This document shows, one piece after another, positions 51,090-64,000 of a stretch of 64,000 nt of DNA (position 1 is the stretch's first letter; each line of letters begins with the position of its first letter). The notes beneath the pieces are model-generated. The model saw only the letters and a program-made list of their open reading frames with translations, ran no database searches and was not told the origin of the DNA. A program made the position numbers and the translations under genes. Origin of the DNA: Antedon mediterranea (Eukaryota > Animalia > Echinodermata); NCBI RefSeq assembly GCF_964355755.1, contig NC_092674.1:10416001-10480000 (forward strand). The letters run 5' to 3'.

Positions 51090-52346
51090 CTGTTAAGCAA
51101 GAATAAATTGATTATTATAATAGTGAGACAGAGAACATGTGTGTAATAAACTGAATAGCAAAGAATAATAGTCTTAAGATCTGTCTAAACTATCAAACTA
51201 GTTTGACAAAAAGTGTGATGTGCACAAATATGGTATTGATATGATATCATCATGTCCATATATAGGCAAATTTTTGTCACAAGTTTGATAGTGTAGATAG
51301 CACTTTAACCTCAAGCGAGATACATATAAAGAGTCCTTTCAACCCTAAATGGTTTCAGAGCCTCTTACACACACTGGCCTCATCATACCCAAAAGATCGT
51401 CATATCCCCAGCCAATATCATCACATTCTAATCAAATTGAATTCAAGTCGCTGAATGTATATATTGATTTTTAGTTTGCCCAAGAGAAAAGTGAGGTACA
51501 TAGTTCACTAAGGGATTTTCATGCATTTTACTTATTTCTTGAGGTGAAGAAGAATATTTTTTTTTCTACAAGTGTACCTTAATGACCAAAGTAAATTTCA
51601 CTCAAAGAGTAAGAATAATTCATTTAGTGTTACCGAACCTAACTATTTTTTAAAAATAATTTTTCTATTATTAGTATACATTCTTCCCCGGCCAATAGAG
51701 AAGATTATTTAAAACTTAGAACATCTACAGTTCCTGAATATTGTTTTTAACTTTTTGTTTTAATTTACTTCATCAAAATGTTTTTTAGTACATGCCTGGA
51801 AATGACATTCTTTCCCTGAAGCTGAAACTTAGAAAAACCGCAAATTCATTATAAACCACTGACTTCATTAAGGAGCCAATGCATACATGCATTCTGGGAA
51901 ATTGACTTTTTGAGCTAGGTCAAAGGTGACGAAATATTGAGTTGAAATGGTTTAATCCAATCAGTTTTAGTCAGGGAGACACCTCTACTATTAAGGGGAC
52001 ATACTTTGTCATAAAACGGAAAGGAAATATAGGCATAATGTACAGTTCTCAAAAGGGGAACATGGTTTTCTATTCTGTTTTGATATGTGTTTGTGGCTAA
52101 CAAAAGTACAGTAGTTTACCACATAAAATTGAAAGTAATTTATAACAGAAAACATAATCAAGGAGTCCATGATGATAAACAAGAATTCTCATTAAAGATT
52201 TACTAATTAGTTTGATGTACTCATTCTCATCCATCCAAAACTAATTAACTACATTCAATGCAATAAATTATAACAACAGTTGTAGTCAAAAGTCATAGTG
52301 TGAGAAGTATTTAGAAAACAAAAAAGCCAAACTTGCTTTGAAATTA

Positions 52347-53575
52347 CAGTATAACCTCTCATTTGGTTTATCTCTATTCGGGGGACATTCTTATTAAGGA
52401 GACATTTCAATACAGGGGATATTCCTAATCAGCAAGGGAAATTTTTATTCAGGGACACTCCTATTAAAGCCCCATTCCCTATGTTTTTTAGATCTAATTT
52501 AAGATCACAAACTATATTTAATGTAAAAATAATACTATATGGTCCTATTGCAATAACTTTTTTCGTCTTTAAACGGTTAAAAATGTGAAAAATAAATCGA
52601 TTCTAATAATTATAGCGGCCCGCTATAAATCCCAAAATGCATTGCGCGCGGATTGATATTTTTGTTTTTCACCTGTAATTCGCCCACTTTTCGATCGATC
52701 GTGAAGCCAAAACAAATGGAAGACTCCTAACTTTTCAGCGAAAATACCGGGTTTTCCCCAATTTGTATCAACAGAGTCTGGCAAAAATAGAAAGACAATT
52801 AATGCAGCAACTATACAACGTCAGGCTAGGTATATAGCTAGCGTACGATGTTCGTACGTTATCGATGTTTACCAGCTAGGCCTACAAAACTAAGCCTAGC
52901 TAGGCCTAAGACCGTCCACGAGAGGTCGATCGCCGCGAGCTACTTAGGTAGTGCATTGTTTCTCACTTTTTATCATAATTTACCATAAAACGTACATTTA
53001 AGACAAGGAATGACATGGTTTAATGTTTTTAAAGTGATATACTGTATATGTATTATTTTCCAAAAAACGTCCAAAATTGCAGGGAAGGGGTCTTTAAGGA
53101 GACATTACTATTAAGGGACTTTCTATTCAGGGGACAATCATATTAAGCGGGGGAGATTCCTATTAAAGAGAAATTCCTATTAAGGGGACATTTCTATTCA
53201 GGGGACACTCTTATTAAGGGGAATTTTCTATTCAGGGGACACTCCTATTAAGGAGAATTTTCTATTTAGGGACACTCCTATTAATTGGACATTCCTATTC
53301 AAGGGACACTCCTATTAAGACGACATTCCTATTAAGGGGACAATCATATTAAGAGGAAATCATATTCAGGGACAATCATATTAAGGAATAATCATATTCA
53401 GGGGACATTCCTATTAAGGGACATTCTTATAAAGATGACATTCCTATTAAGGGAAAAATTCATATTAAGGGGAAATTACAAGAACATTTCTGTTACGAGA
53501 ACATTCCTATTATTGGGCTTCTTATTAAGGGGACATTCCTATTACAAGAACATTCCTATATTAGGGACACTTTTC
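52347..53575. repeat. Array of ~17-bp units (CTATTAAGGGGACAYT) derived from a pogo-like MITE subterminal motif
   Basis: Starts TA-CAGTATAACCTCT; same motif dispersed at ~1350, 9200, 18900, 21530, 22860, 54130 and 59930. Confidence 0.8.
52468..53093. mobile_element. Kolobok-like MITE, family B
   Basis: TTAA-AGCCCCATTCCCT...AGGGAAGGGGTCT-TTAA, inserted into the array. Confidence 0.85.
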
Positions 53576-53645
53576 CAAGAAACAAAGAGGGATAAAATGT
53601 TATGATGGTGAGCGATGATAGAGAAGTAACTACATATTTCCTGAC

Positions 53646-53869
53646 CTTTTGTTGGGGTGGTGTCCGGGCTCACTGCAGACAAGCGTTGCAGTGGGATCAT
53701 ATGACCCGGAGTCACCATTGAAATTGTGTTGCCCTTTTGTCTGTCCTTCATCACTCGTGAGCAGATCTCATGGAGGGCGCTAGCTATGGCCTTGGCTGGT
53801 GTGTCACAACGGAAAACATGGCATTTGTACTTCTTTGTTTGTTTGTCTCTAGCCACATAAGCAAAGTCC
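53646..53869 (-). CDS. APBB: APBB/FE65 homolog PTB1 C-terminal exon
   Basis: RDFAYVARD...[23 protein letters not shown]. Confidence 0.93.
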
Positions 53870-55187
53870 CTGAAATAATAAAAAACATTTTACTAATTTA
53901 AATTCAGTTTAAATAGAATTCCAAAACTATGTTTTGCTTTATTTTGCATTTCTGAAATCAATTCTTTTACAAGCAATAGTAAGTTCTTAAATGTTAGTCA
54001 AATTTAATGTCACATTAAATAATAAAGTAGGAGGCTTGCTGTAAAGATGTAAAAATATAACAGAGAAAAAAAGGTTTTAAAATGTCTTTTGTCTAAGAAA
54101 ATATTTCAAGACAAAGTCATTTTGAGAATGCAGTAGAACCTTTCCTTTGGATACCCTTACTGACTCAGGGGACACACTTATTTAGTCGACACTTTTCAAT
54201 GAACAAACTAGGGGAAATATATGTTTTAACCAACTCCTATTAAGGGAATACTTTCCTGTGAAAGGTATAGGTGTATAGGATACTCCAACAGTATGGGTCA
54301 CCCCATTTAATAGAACACTTTTTTTGGGCCCTGAAGGTGTACCCCTAAATAGTGTTCTACTGTATAAATAGATAATATACCATATACACATTAAACATAA
54401 ACAAGACATAAACATTGTTGACAATATAAGAGATAAACAAATAATAGGTGCTTTTGTGAAAGTTGAGTGCAGATACATTTCCAACATTTAAAAAAAGAAA
54501 CTCATAGTGCAGAACGTATGTACAGTATTACAATTGATATTGTTTTCAGTTTAATATCATCCCATTTCTTAAACAAAACTCATTTAATAAAAAAAACAAA
54601 TCAGTCTATATAAATAAGGATGTTGTTGAAACCCCCAACCCTGTGCCTCAAATGTTAAGAACTAATTTTTGATAGGTCATACAGTAGTGTTCCATCACAA
54701 ACAGTAAATGTGAATTAACAAGGGATATAATTAACTACCTAAAGCTATATGTAGTCATTTTCAATTCCAGGTCGTTTTCTAAATAACGCTATCAAATCTG
54801 AATTATCAAATATCATCTTTAGGTATAGTGCATCTGAAATGGATTATGGTTGACGTCCCCGGAGATGTAAAATATCAAGATAACAGATTACATGTACTTT
54901 AATACGCAAGCATAATTATCTTGGACGGCAACTATTACCAACAGGTTCAATATTTTGTAACAATTATTTATTTAGAAACATTGTTCATTTTGATAAACAA
55001 TTTGTATTTAGTAAATGTCCTCACAATTTTTTACGTCTCTCTAAGAACACATCACATAGATGTGAACACAAAAACAAGGTAGAAATAACTATGCTTGGTT
55101 TACCATTACAATCACATTAAGTTGAAAACTAGCCAACATGTCCAACTAAACGCCACATGTCACACAAGTGCTTACCTTAGACACTAA

Positions 55188-56059
55188 GGGCCTGTTTCTA
55201 TAGAGCATAGAATACGGTTTTGAATACCGTTCTTTTCAAGAACCGTTTTTTCTTGCCAGCAGAAATGGGTCCCCACAAAAAACCACAAAAAAGAACCGAT
55301 CTTAAAAACGGTTTCAAAAACCCCAATTGATTGCGGTCTCGATCGCAAAGAACCGTTCTGAAACCGGTTTCCGCGGAGCAATTTTTAGCTGCAACACAAT
55401 CGCGGTCTCAATTTGACCCCAAAAACTGAACTCTGCAGTCTGCTACACTGGGACGATTGCGGTCAACTCGCAGTCAAACCTGCGCGATAGGACCTAGGCC
55501 TAGGCCTAAGTCATTTTTATTTCTATAGATAGTGAGTATTTTATTTAACTAAAAAATGTTGACCGATGCTATTACGAGGTTCGTAAAAAAATATGTGAAG
55601 GAAAGAAGATGAGGGGACTTGTCGGGAGTCGGAAGAAAGACTCGCGTATAAACTATACTATAGGCATAGGCCTAGGCCTACATGTTTTTAAGAATATTGT
55701 AAAGCGTGTGAAAAATAGACGAGTTCAACTTGACCATATTAGAGGGTGCGATGTACCTATACCAAGGACCACAATAACGTTTCAGGTAATAATTCCCCCT
55801 TCTATGATGAAATGGATGCTATTTCTTGGGGATCGCGCTATGCGAAAAAAAGTAAACATGACCTCGATCCAATCACTCTTCCTCCTAACGAACTGCATTG
55901 TGGTGTATATAATGACGTCATTCATAACGAACGCACATGGACGGAACCGGTTTTATTGGAGTAAAAATTGAGCTGCAACGCGATCTTTATTTATAAACAA
56001 CAGCCGAAACCGGTTTCCAAAAAACCGTTCTTTTTTTATTTTTCAATAGAAACAGGCCC
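55188..56059. mobile_element. PIF/Harbinger-like MITE
   Basis: GGGCCTGTTTCTAT...ATAGAAACAGGCCC; TAA/TAT flanks; iterated AACCG subterminal motifs. Confidence 0.75.
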
Positions 56060-56355
56060 TATAATGCATGATAGTTCTCCTATCAACATAACTCATATAA
56101 TCAATTTAACTCCTCAATATAAAAAACATGTATATACTCCTTTCATATCAACAGTCAAAACCAGCGTTTTGAATGTGTAAACTTTTGCTAGGTGATGTGT
56201 AAAAAGGTATAATACTGTACACTTTTCTAGAATGAAAGACAAGGGAATTTATGTCTTAACGGATTATACGCATGTGTGTTATGAATGTATAGAATTGTGT
56301 GGCGCGTGTGGTGTTTAGTAATACCCCCAGCTAAGTTAGGCTGGCATAGCTTGAC

Positions 56356-56380
56356 CAGGGAGGTATTTTATACCTCCCTG
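56356..56380. mobile_element. 25-bp hairpin micro-insertion with 7-bp TSD
   Basis: GCTTGAC-[CAGGGAGGTATTTTATACCTCCCTG]-GCTTGAC. Confidence 0.85.
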
Positions 56381-59300
56381 GCTTGACAACCCAGTATACT
56401 ATTTAAAGCCAGAAACAATTCAGCAGCAACCTTTATATATAAAAATATTCAACTAAAAAAAAACTGGTTATTTAGAAATTATTAGAAGAGAAACACACCC
56501 TAAACAAGCCAATAGCCTTTTATATACTTTCATTTTATAAAAGTGACACACAGCGTTCTTCCTAATGGACTTTTAAAGAAAAGCACATAAAATATGACAT
56601 TGATTAGCAATTTAAATGCAAAGATATGCTGTCAAAATACTTGTATACTTGTGAACAATTTAGCACAATAGCTATCTCAAATCAAACATTATATACATTA
56701 TTTTCAAATCTTAATAACGACATTTTGTACAACTATTAGAGACGTTATTCGTCTATGAATATTTGAGCCAAGGGACATACGACATAATTTTGAATTTCTA
56801 CATCAATGACAAAAATACATATTGAATACAAAATCTGTTGACATGTCACATTTGATAATACCTGAAATATAAAGAACATTAAGTAAAATCTAACAGTAGA
56901 TTATGTATAGCCATTTAATTACATCAAAATGTGATTACACCAATTATTAAAAATATTAATCACAGAAGCAGTCTAATTGCTGTTTGTTACGCACCTTCTA
57001 TGACTATGATGTATTCACTGACGATCCACGCTCTACCCGAGTGTCTTACTGTTTATCATATTGATTCTCTAAAAGGCTATACGAGAAAATATGCGCATAC
57101 GAAAGCCTATTAGAAATCATCTAATTATAGCAGCTACATACATCTTACAGTGAATCGCTTTAAAGGAAATCACTCAAGCGTATAATATGACACCCATGTA
57201 TTTTCATTATCATTTTTTTCTTTGTATTACTATTAGTCAAACTACAAAATTTAAAGTGTCTTTTAAATATATTTTATATACTATGTTCTTAAATTATTCT
57301 TTAAAATTCATTTTCATAGGAAATTATGCTGTGTTATATTAATTTTTTGTCTAAATATTGAAGATGTCCCCGAAAAATATTATGAGCAATCACACTTTGA
57401 ATAGAATATTGTAGTTATTTGTTTAAAAAAAGGAATTTAGTTTAATTTTTCATTTTGAAAGTTAACTTAATCTTCTTTTGAAATCAAATTTGTTAGTAAA
57501 TGACACTTTAATATTTGTACCAAATACTGTGATGATGATTTTCCAAATGTGAAATAAGTTTCTACTTATTTTCAAATTAACTTTAGTATGTTTTTTTGAA
57601 ATAAATGTTTAAATATAATTGCCACAGTATTTATATAAATGCAATACCATAGATAATTCTATGGTATTGTCTTACATTACATTATTTTAAACATGTTACA
57701 AGTTATATAACAAATTTAGTTAGTAGACCATTCTAATATTTCTCCAATTATATTTATGTTACTGCAGTATATTACGTTTCAGCATGCTTAATATTGTTTA
57801 AAATAAGTTTTAATAATACAATATCAAATTATGTATTTTTAGATTGTTTAAGGAATATAAAAAAAATAAATCTCTTGGTCTTAATTTGTGTATTTATTAT
57901 TATTTTTTTATGCATTTAAAATTGGTGTTTTACCAGTCGATGAATTCATTAAATACACTACGGAAACACAATTTCAAAATGTTCATATCTATGGTAAGTA
58001 AAATACTATATTACATTTTGTTACTTATATATAATATTATATATATATATTACTTATTATTTTTTCAGAATTTTGAAATCAATATAAACAAATCATAATC
58101 TATTTTAAATTAAATTGTGTAATTATATATTTAAAAATATTGCTTTTTGATCCATTTAAAATGGGTTTTAAAATACTAGTGGATGAATTCATTATTCACA
58201 CTAGAGTGAAAAACTTCATTAAAAAACTTCTCATATCTATGGTAAGTGAAATACTTATATATTTATTGACTTAAGTGAAGTATTTAAGGGAGTATCTTTC
58301 TTTGGTAAATATGTTCTCAGAACACGTAGTAGTTTCTTCCTAACAATAATTTGAAAAAATATTATTCATATACCCCAGGGTGGGCTTATACAAGAAAATA
58401 CTAAGAACAGTTACTACATTATTATTTATTATTATTCATATTAATATAATATCCACCATGAATATGTAAATACACATTAATTCCTTTCAAAATAAAATGT
58501 TGGATATTTGTTCACCAAAATACAAACAAATTTACACTGAATACTACGGTAATATAAATATATTTCCAGTTGAGATAAGAAATCAGTAAACAAACAAACC
58601 AAATCAAGTGAAGACAAATCAATTTAGATACCAATGGCGTTGCGAGAAATATAAACAGTCAAACAAAATCCACACTCGTTGTACAGATCAATGACGTTAT
58701 TAAATTAAACACCGAGTCACGCACAGCAAAACTGACTCATCTCACTATATATTTTCAAAACTTGTTTTCCTCTTTGGTCCAATTTCCAAAATGTTTCGCG
58801 CATTTTAATTGGCTGAAATTTACCAACAGCAAAGTAAGAATCGTTTTAATTGGTGGAGGAGACTTACAGACATGGAGGAGCCAATTTACAATTGTTATTA
58901 TCACATGAAACAAGTAACCATGGCGATTTAATTTAGCATTGAACTAGATAATTGTTGAGTTTAATATCTATTACTCTATCATTTTACACATCTATTCCAT
59001 GCCACTTTAATGTTTCATTGTAGAAATAAAATAATGAAACTTTAATTCAGCTAAAATTTATAATGTTTTAAATGTATATAATATATTATAGGTTATTAAA
59101 TAATATATCTTAAATATTAAATGGGATGGTATCTGGGGTTGGGTGTGGGAGGCTTGATGAGCGGTGAGTGACAGGGGCGGATTCAGGTTTTTTTAAACAG
59201 GGGATCGCACTAACATAATATTAATATAGTCTGTCTGTCAAAAATAGATATCCAGAATGTTATTATTGGATGTCAAAGGAAAATCGCACGACCAACTATC

Positions 59301-60806
59301 CCCCTGGATTTTCCCGAGTGATGAGTTAGAGGATCAGAAATAACAAATTACACAAGGAAAGTTGTAAATAAATTTATAAAAATAGTTGTACGCTAACCAT
59401 ATTTATCTGGATCATAAAGGCTATAGGGTAATAAATTATAAATTCTGCAAAACTAACTGAAACCTAGAAATCTAGTATTGCTATAATGGTTCAAAATATA
59501 ACTTACTAATAATTATTTGAATTTTTTCATATTCAATTTTAAAATGGGTAAAAACTCCTATTTACAATATGTTCAATGTAATTTACTCTTAAATACTAAA
59601 ATATCTATCCCTTTACATATCTCATTAGTATGGTAAACCTATCTTCAAAATCCTGAATAAAAATGAGCTAGTATTAGCAGTTTAAAAGGTTAGAAAAACA
59701 AAATATGATGTTGATTAATGCAATATAGCAACAAATAGGAAATGGTTGTTTGACAGTTCTATCAAGGACATTTGAATTCATCTTATTAGAATAATACATT
59801 TATACGACACTCAAAATGACTCACAAAAAAGTGTATTAACATTTTAAATAGATAAAAGGATGAGGTAATATAATTTGCTGTCAAAAAATGAAATATTCAC
59901 ATTTTCAATATCCTCAAAATATTCATATGTACAGTTGAACTCCTATTAAAGGGACATACTCAGGACCCAACAAACTGTCCCCTTAATGGGGGTCCCTTGA
60001 ATAGGGGTTAGCCAAAAATGTTTAAACATTTATTTCTCCCTTGTACGTTTAATAGGAAAGTGTCCCTTTTACTGTAAGGTCCACATAGTGGTGTCCCAAA
60101 GGCGGGGTTTTAAAGTAAATATTTTTGTTTGGGTATGACAAAAAATAAAATAATGTTGTTTTAAAATTCTTAGTTTAAGAACAGCTACAATAAACATATA
60201 AATTAGAAATAAATTAGCATTTTCTGATAACTCTTAACTATCTAATGGCAATTCATGGAGATCCAATCCTATCCCTGCCTAATCTTTGATCTTTGCTCCT
60301 GACAAAAATATTAAAATAATTAGTTACCACTTAATACATTATATTTTCTATATATTTCTCACCAAAATTTAGGTAATTAAATATTAACAAGAGTACGACA
60401 CAAGGCATCCTGGATAATTTATAAAACAGAAAGTTTTTGTCAGGACCAGAGATGAAACATTTCAGTCTTCAATTTTGATGAATTGCTCTCAAATAATTTA
60501 AGCAAAAAAAATTAAATGAAAAAAACACCACATAAAACGGAACCAACATGAAGTAACTATTTGTCAAATCAGCAAATAAAAATTGCTTTTTCATTTTATG
60601 GATAAATAGCTGCAAATGATAATTTCTGCAAAATAATTATCATGCGTAGAACATAGTATACTGATGATGGAATGATGAAGACAAACAAAAATAATGAAAA
60701 AGCCAAGATGATTTAAATAATAAAAATATTTAGGCTGACACCATTACCTGGGTAAAAACAGATAAAAAATAAATAAATAAAATATCGAAAAAAAAAGACA
60801 CATTAC

Positions 60807-60812
60807 CTTTCT
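60807..60812 (-). CDS. APBB: 6-nt microexon (AGAAAG) of the APBB/FE65 homolog
   Basis: ...ttcttgcactccgtaaaatatcag-AGAAAG-gtaatg; phase 2-2 gives R-E-R before DFAYVARD. Confidence 0.75.
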
Positions 60813-63071
60813 CTGATATTTTACGGAGTGCAAGAATGGCAAAATAAGGGAAAGATAGGGAGTCAATTTAACAAATCAAAGCATGAAAATGGCATTCAAA
60901 ACAGTTTGTAGCATTCTGATTGGACAAGTGCAGTCCATGCTTTGCATTCGTTTGTTCTAATATTATTAATATTCAAAAGTTAAATATGAATAATTCATTA
61001 GGCTGGACATAAATGAATGAAGGCCATTTTACATCTACACTTTTAAAAAAAAATTCTAATTGTGAATGTTCAAATTTAAAGAATTTCAATTTCACTTTGT
61101 TCCACTTTTTCTCTATTTATACCAATCTAGTAGATGTTTGAGAATTTAGGACTTTTTAACTTTTGACCAATCAGATCTTGTACTGAGCATTCTAATAATC
61201 CACATTTATCAGGCATGCATAGTTTGTTTTAAACTATTATGACAGAAAAATGGAGGAATTTATTCCCACAGAATTTGTTCCCAAGTACATGATATCTGTA
61301 GATGGTGCAATCAAGATTTAGTTATGATCTGAACATGAAGTGCTGTTATGGATGATTAGCTCGACACCAACCATCCATGGAGAAACAAACCATGCTCTAT
61401 GAGCCACAAACGTGACAACATTTTGAAGAAAAAAATATCTGACTCAAAATTAATCAGAACAAATGCAAATGTAAACTTTGGTCTTCATTCATTTAAGCCT
61501 CGTTAAATAAGTCCGAAAGTTGAATAACAAGATAGCAAATGAATGTTGTTTCTCTGCAGAAAGCAGAACATTCTTTCCTCATATGATGAGGACATATATG
61601 TTGAATTATTCACAGTTTCAGAAAAACATTAATTTTATCAAAAACATTCACAAAGCACATAAAAACTACTGTTTAAACAAAAAAAAAACCTTGTTTATAT
61701 AACTTTATGTTTAACTTCAAATTCCTTATTTGTATTTGAATATGCAATAAATGCAAGGCTGTTTTATTCCGAACGTATCTAATGATGGACTAGCTTTATT
61801 ATATTATTACATACAAATAAATGTTAAAATAAATTCAAACATTCTACTAAAGCATCAAAATAAAAGCAAATAATCAAATAATAATAATGATAATACAAGT
61901 TAAATTTGTGTAATGTCATGTAATTTACATCTATCTTAAAACTTATTTAATTTATTTCTTTATTATACTGGGTGACATCTTCAGTACAACACCACATTCA
62001 ACAGATGATCCCCTACTCTCTTTTGAATAGTATGTACCCAGTGACTTGCTATGAGTGTGCACTGGCTAAAACCGAGTGGATCCTGAACAGGACTAGTGGA
62101 AGAAAAACAAGCATTAAAATATGCTGAAAAAGGCTAAAAACACCAGAGGCCTCCAGCGTTGGAATGGAAAGCTACTTAGGGTCCCTAAACCTTGAGTCTC
62201 TGCATTATGCCACTGAGCACACCAAGTTCATGCAATATATGAGACCAACAGCTTTAAGTTCTATCAGAAAGACGAGTTTGAGAGTAAAGTATCATGTCTA
62301 AAGTATACAAGCAATATGGCACAGACATGTTTGAACCTAAACATCTCATATTCTAATCAGATATCCCTCCATTACGCCATATCTTGCTATCTCTACTTTG
62401 AAAATTATAAACAACACATACTGCCTACCAATAATGAATGAATTGATCCATCTATATGAATTTAACTTGATTTAAGAATTATAAAAATCATTACAATGTG
62501 TAATCGGATTCTTAATCAATTGGGCCTTAGGCAAAAGCCTACTTTAATGTTGAACTTGCAAAAGCATTACCTAAGAATATCATATAGTACAAAAAAAATG
62601 TCTGTTAGGATGGGCAACGGATACAGCAGGGAAACCCTTTACAGTTTTTTAGGCAAGCAATTTTTAGGTACAAAATACAAAGTTCGTTCCTTGACCTCAT
62701 ACCTATCTGTGTTTTCAATTTCGTAAGATCTGGCAATAACTTTTTAGCAATCCTGCTAACAAACAAACAGACACACGCGTTGCGATCGACTACAGATGGC
62801 GGATGTAATAAAGTACAAACTCTTTGTCAATTCAACAACTTTAGATTTACACAATGTTGGAGCCAAAGAATGCAATACATAGCTATGATGGTCTACTTTC
62901 CTAACTGTTTAATGAATAGGTGTCATATTGTCTAATGATTCAAATATTATCTAATATCATTTTTAGGTAAATATTAAGTAGTTTCATACAAACTTCAATG
63001 TGTATTGAGCTACAGTTTACTACTACTGTTACTACTAATACTATTCAATTCTGGTTCCTTTTCATTTTGAG

Positions 63072-63677
63072 ATATTACTGTACAACAAAAAGAGTAGTAC
63101 TATGTGTTTTGGTTTGGCAAACAATGTGTTTCCTGCTGAAATAACATTTCCAGATCATGTGACTGTAGATATGTCTTTGAGTGGATTCCTTGAATGTTCT
63201 TTAACATTAACTTCTGATGAATCTATTACTCCACATGGCATACGTTGGACTAAAAATGACAACATTGAAATTCCTGTGATTGAAGTGATTCTGTCACAAA
63301 TGGTGACACTACAAAGTATGCACTAGCTGGATTATCTGTTACTCAAAATGTTTCAATAACACAAACATTGGTACCAATGTACTTATTATTTTAAATGGCC
63401 AAGAGACTAATGTCAAAGCCTCTACAAGACTGTACATAACAAATTATGTGTTCTAACCCAGAGAGAACGATTGTGTTGCCTGATGACATAATAATAATAA
63501 TAACATTGCGATGCAATTCAGACCCTGCAGATTCACTAATAGAAATGACGTGTTCAGTAGATGGAAATACCTTTTAACTAACAGTCAAAATGCAAACAAT
63601 TCTTTAAGGCTGAACTATGTACTAACAGTTCCTAATACAGAAGGTATCTTATATATGTCAGACTTCAAATACATTAG
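63072..63677 (+). pseudogene. Frameshifted exon encoding two Ig-like domains, antisense to FE65
   Basis: FLECSL..IRWTKND; then TLRCNSDP...YICQTSNTL across frameshifts; gtaatg donor. The 5' boundary is approximate. Confidence 0.55.
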
Positions 63678-63767
63678 GTAATGTTCAGGCTTGTATGATA
63701 AACTTATTTGTTAAAAGTCCTTTAAATCCTTTGATAATGCAAAACTTAATGAACTTAATTTGTACAG

Positions 63768-64000
63768 TTGCCACAAGTACTCAACAAGCAAGCAAATCAA
63801 TTACAGTAACGGTATCAACCCCAGCTACAATTTTAGTACAGACTACACCTATAGACTTGCCCACAACGACAGCACCTACAGGTTTGCCTACAACATCTAC
63901 AGGCGTGTTAATGACGACAACTCCTACAAACTTGCCTACAACATCTACAGGCTTAAACCAGACAAAAACCAAAAGCTTGCCTACAACATCTACAGGCTTG
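63768..64000 (+). CDS. Thr-rich mucin-like exon (LPTTSTG repeats) continuing beyond the window
   Basis: tgtacag acceptor; phase-1 open frame VATSTQQ...TTPIDLPTTTAPTGLPTTSTG. Confidence 0.55.

Noticed and set aside
55609-55971. ORFs within the Harbinger-like MITE as transposase
   Set aside because: No DDE or Myb motifs recognisable.
57642-57669. CATAGA-TAAT-TCTATG hairpin as a fifth micro-insertion
   Set aside because: Flanks are inverted (GCAATAC / GTATTGT), not a direct 7-bp duplication.
63781-63972. Val-rich minus-strand ORF
   Set aside because: Antisense shadow of the Thr-rich plus-strand frame.

Overview
AT-rich metazoan genomic DNA, probably an invertebrate deuterostome such as an echinoderm (inferred, not proven); it is not prokaryotic. 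Two intron-rich genes lie on the minus strand: an NSUN7-like RNA m5C-methyltransferase-family gene (coding exons ~241-30848, with a probable U12-type intron) and the 3' part of an APBB/FE65 PTB-adaptor gene (45942 to beyond 60812), which includes a 6-nt microexon at the same position as the vertebrate neural FE65 microexon. A frameshifted Ig-domain plus mucin-like gene appears nested antisense in the FE65 intron. The rest is mostly mobile DNA: a 3'-truncated Ty3/Gypsy element (LTR, tRNA-Gln PBS, intact gag, -1 frameshift signal, protease), a 5'-truncated LINE fused to a SINE head, tRNA-SINEs, non-autonomous TIR elements assigned by termini and TSD length (IS3EU-, MULE-, Merlin-, hAT-, Kolobok-, Harbinger-, pogo- and P/Galileo-like), and several satellites. 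The most unusual signal is a set of four ultra-short (20-40 bp) CA...TG hairpin insertions, each flanked by a perfect 7-bp target-site duplication. All coordinates were read by eye and family assignments were made without database searches.
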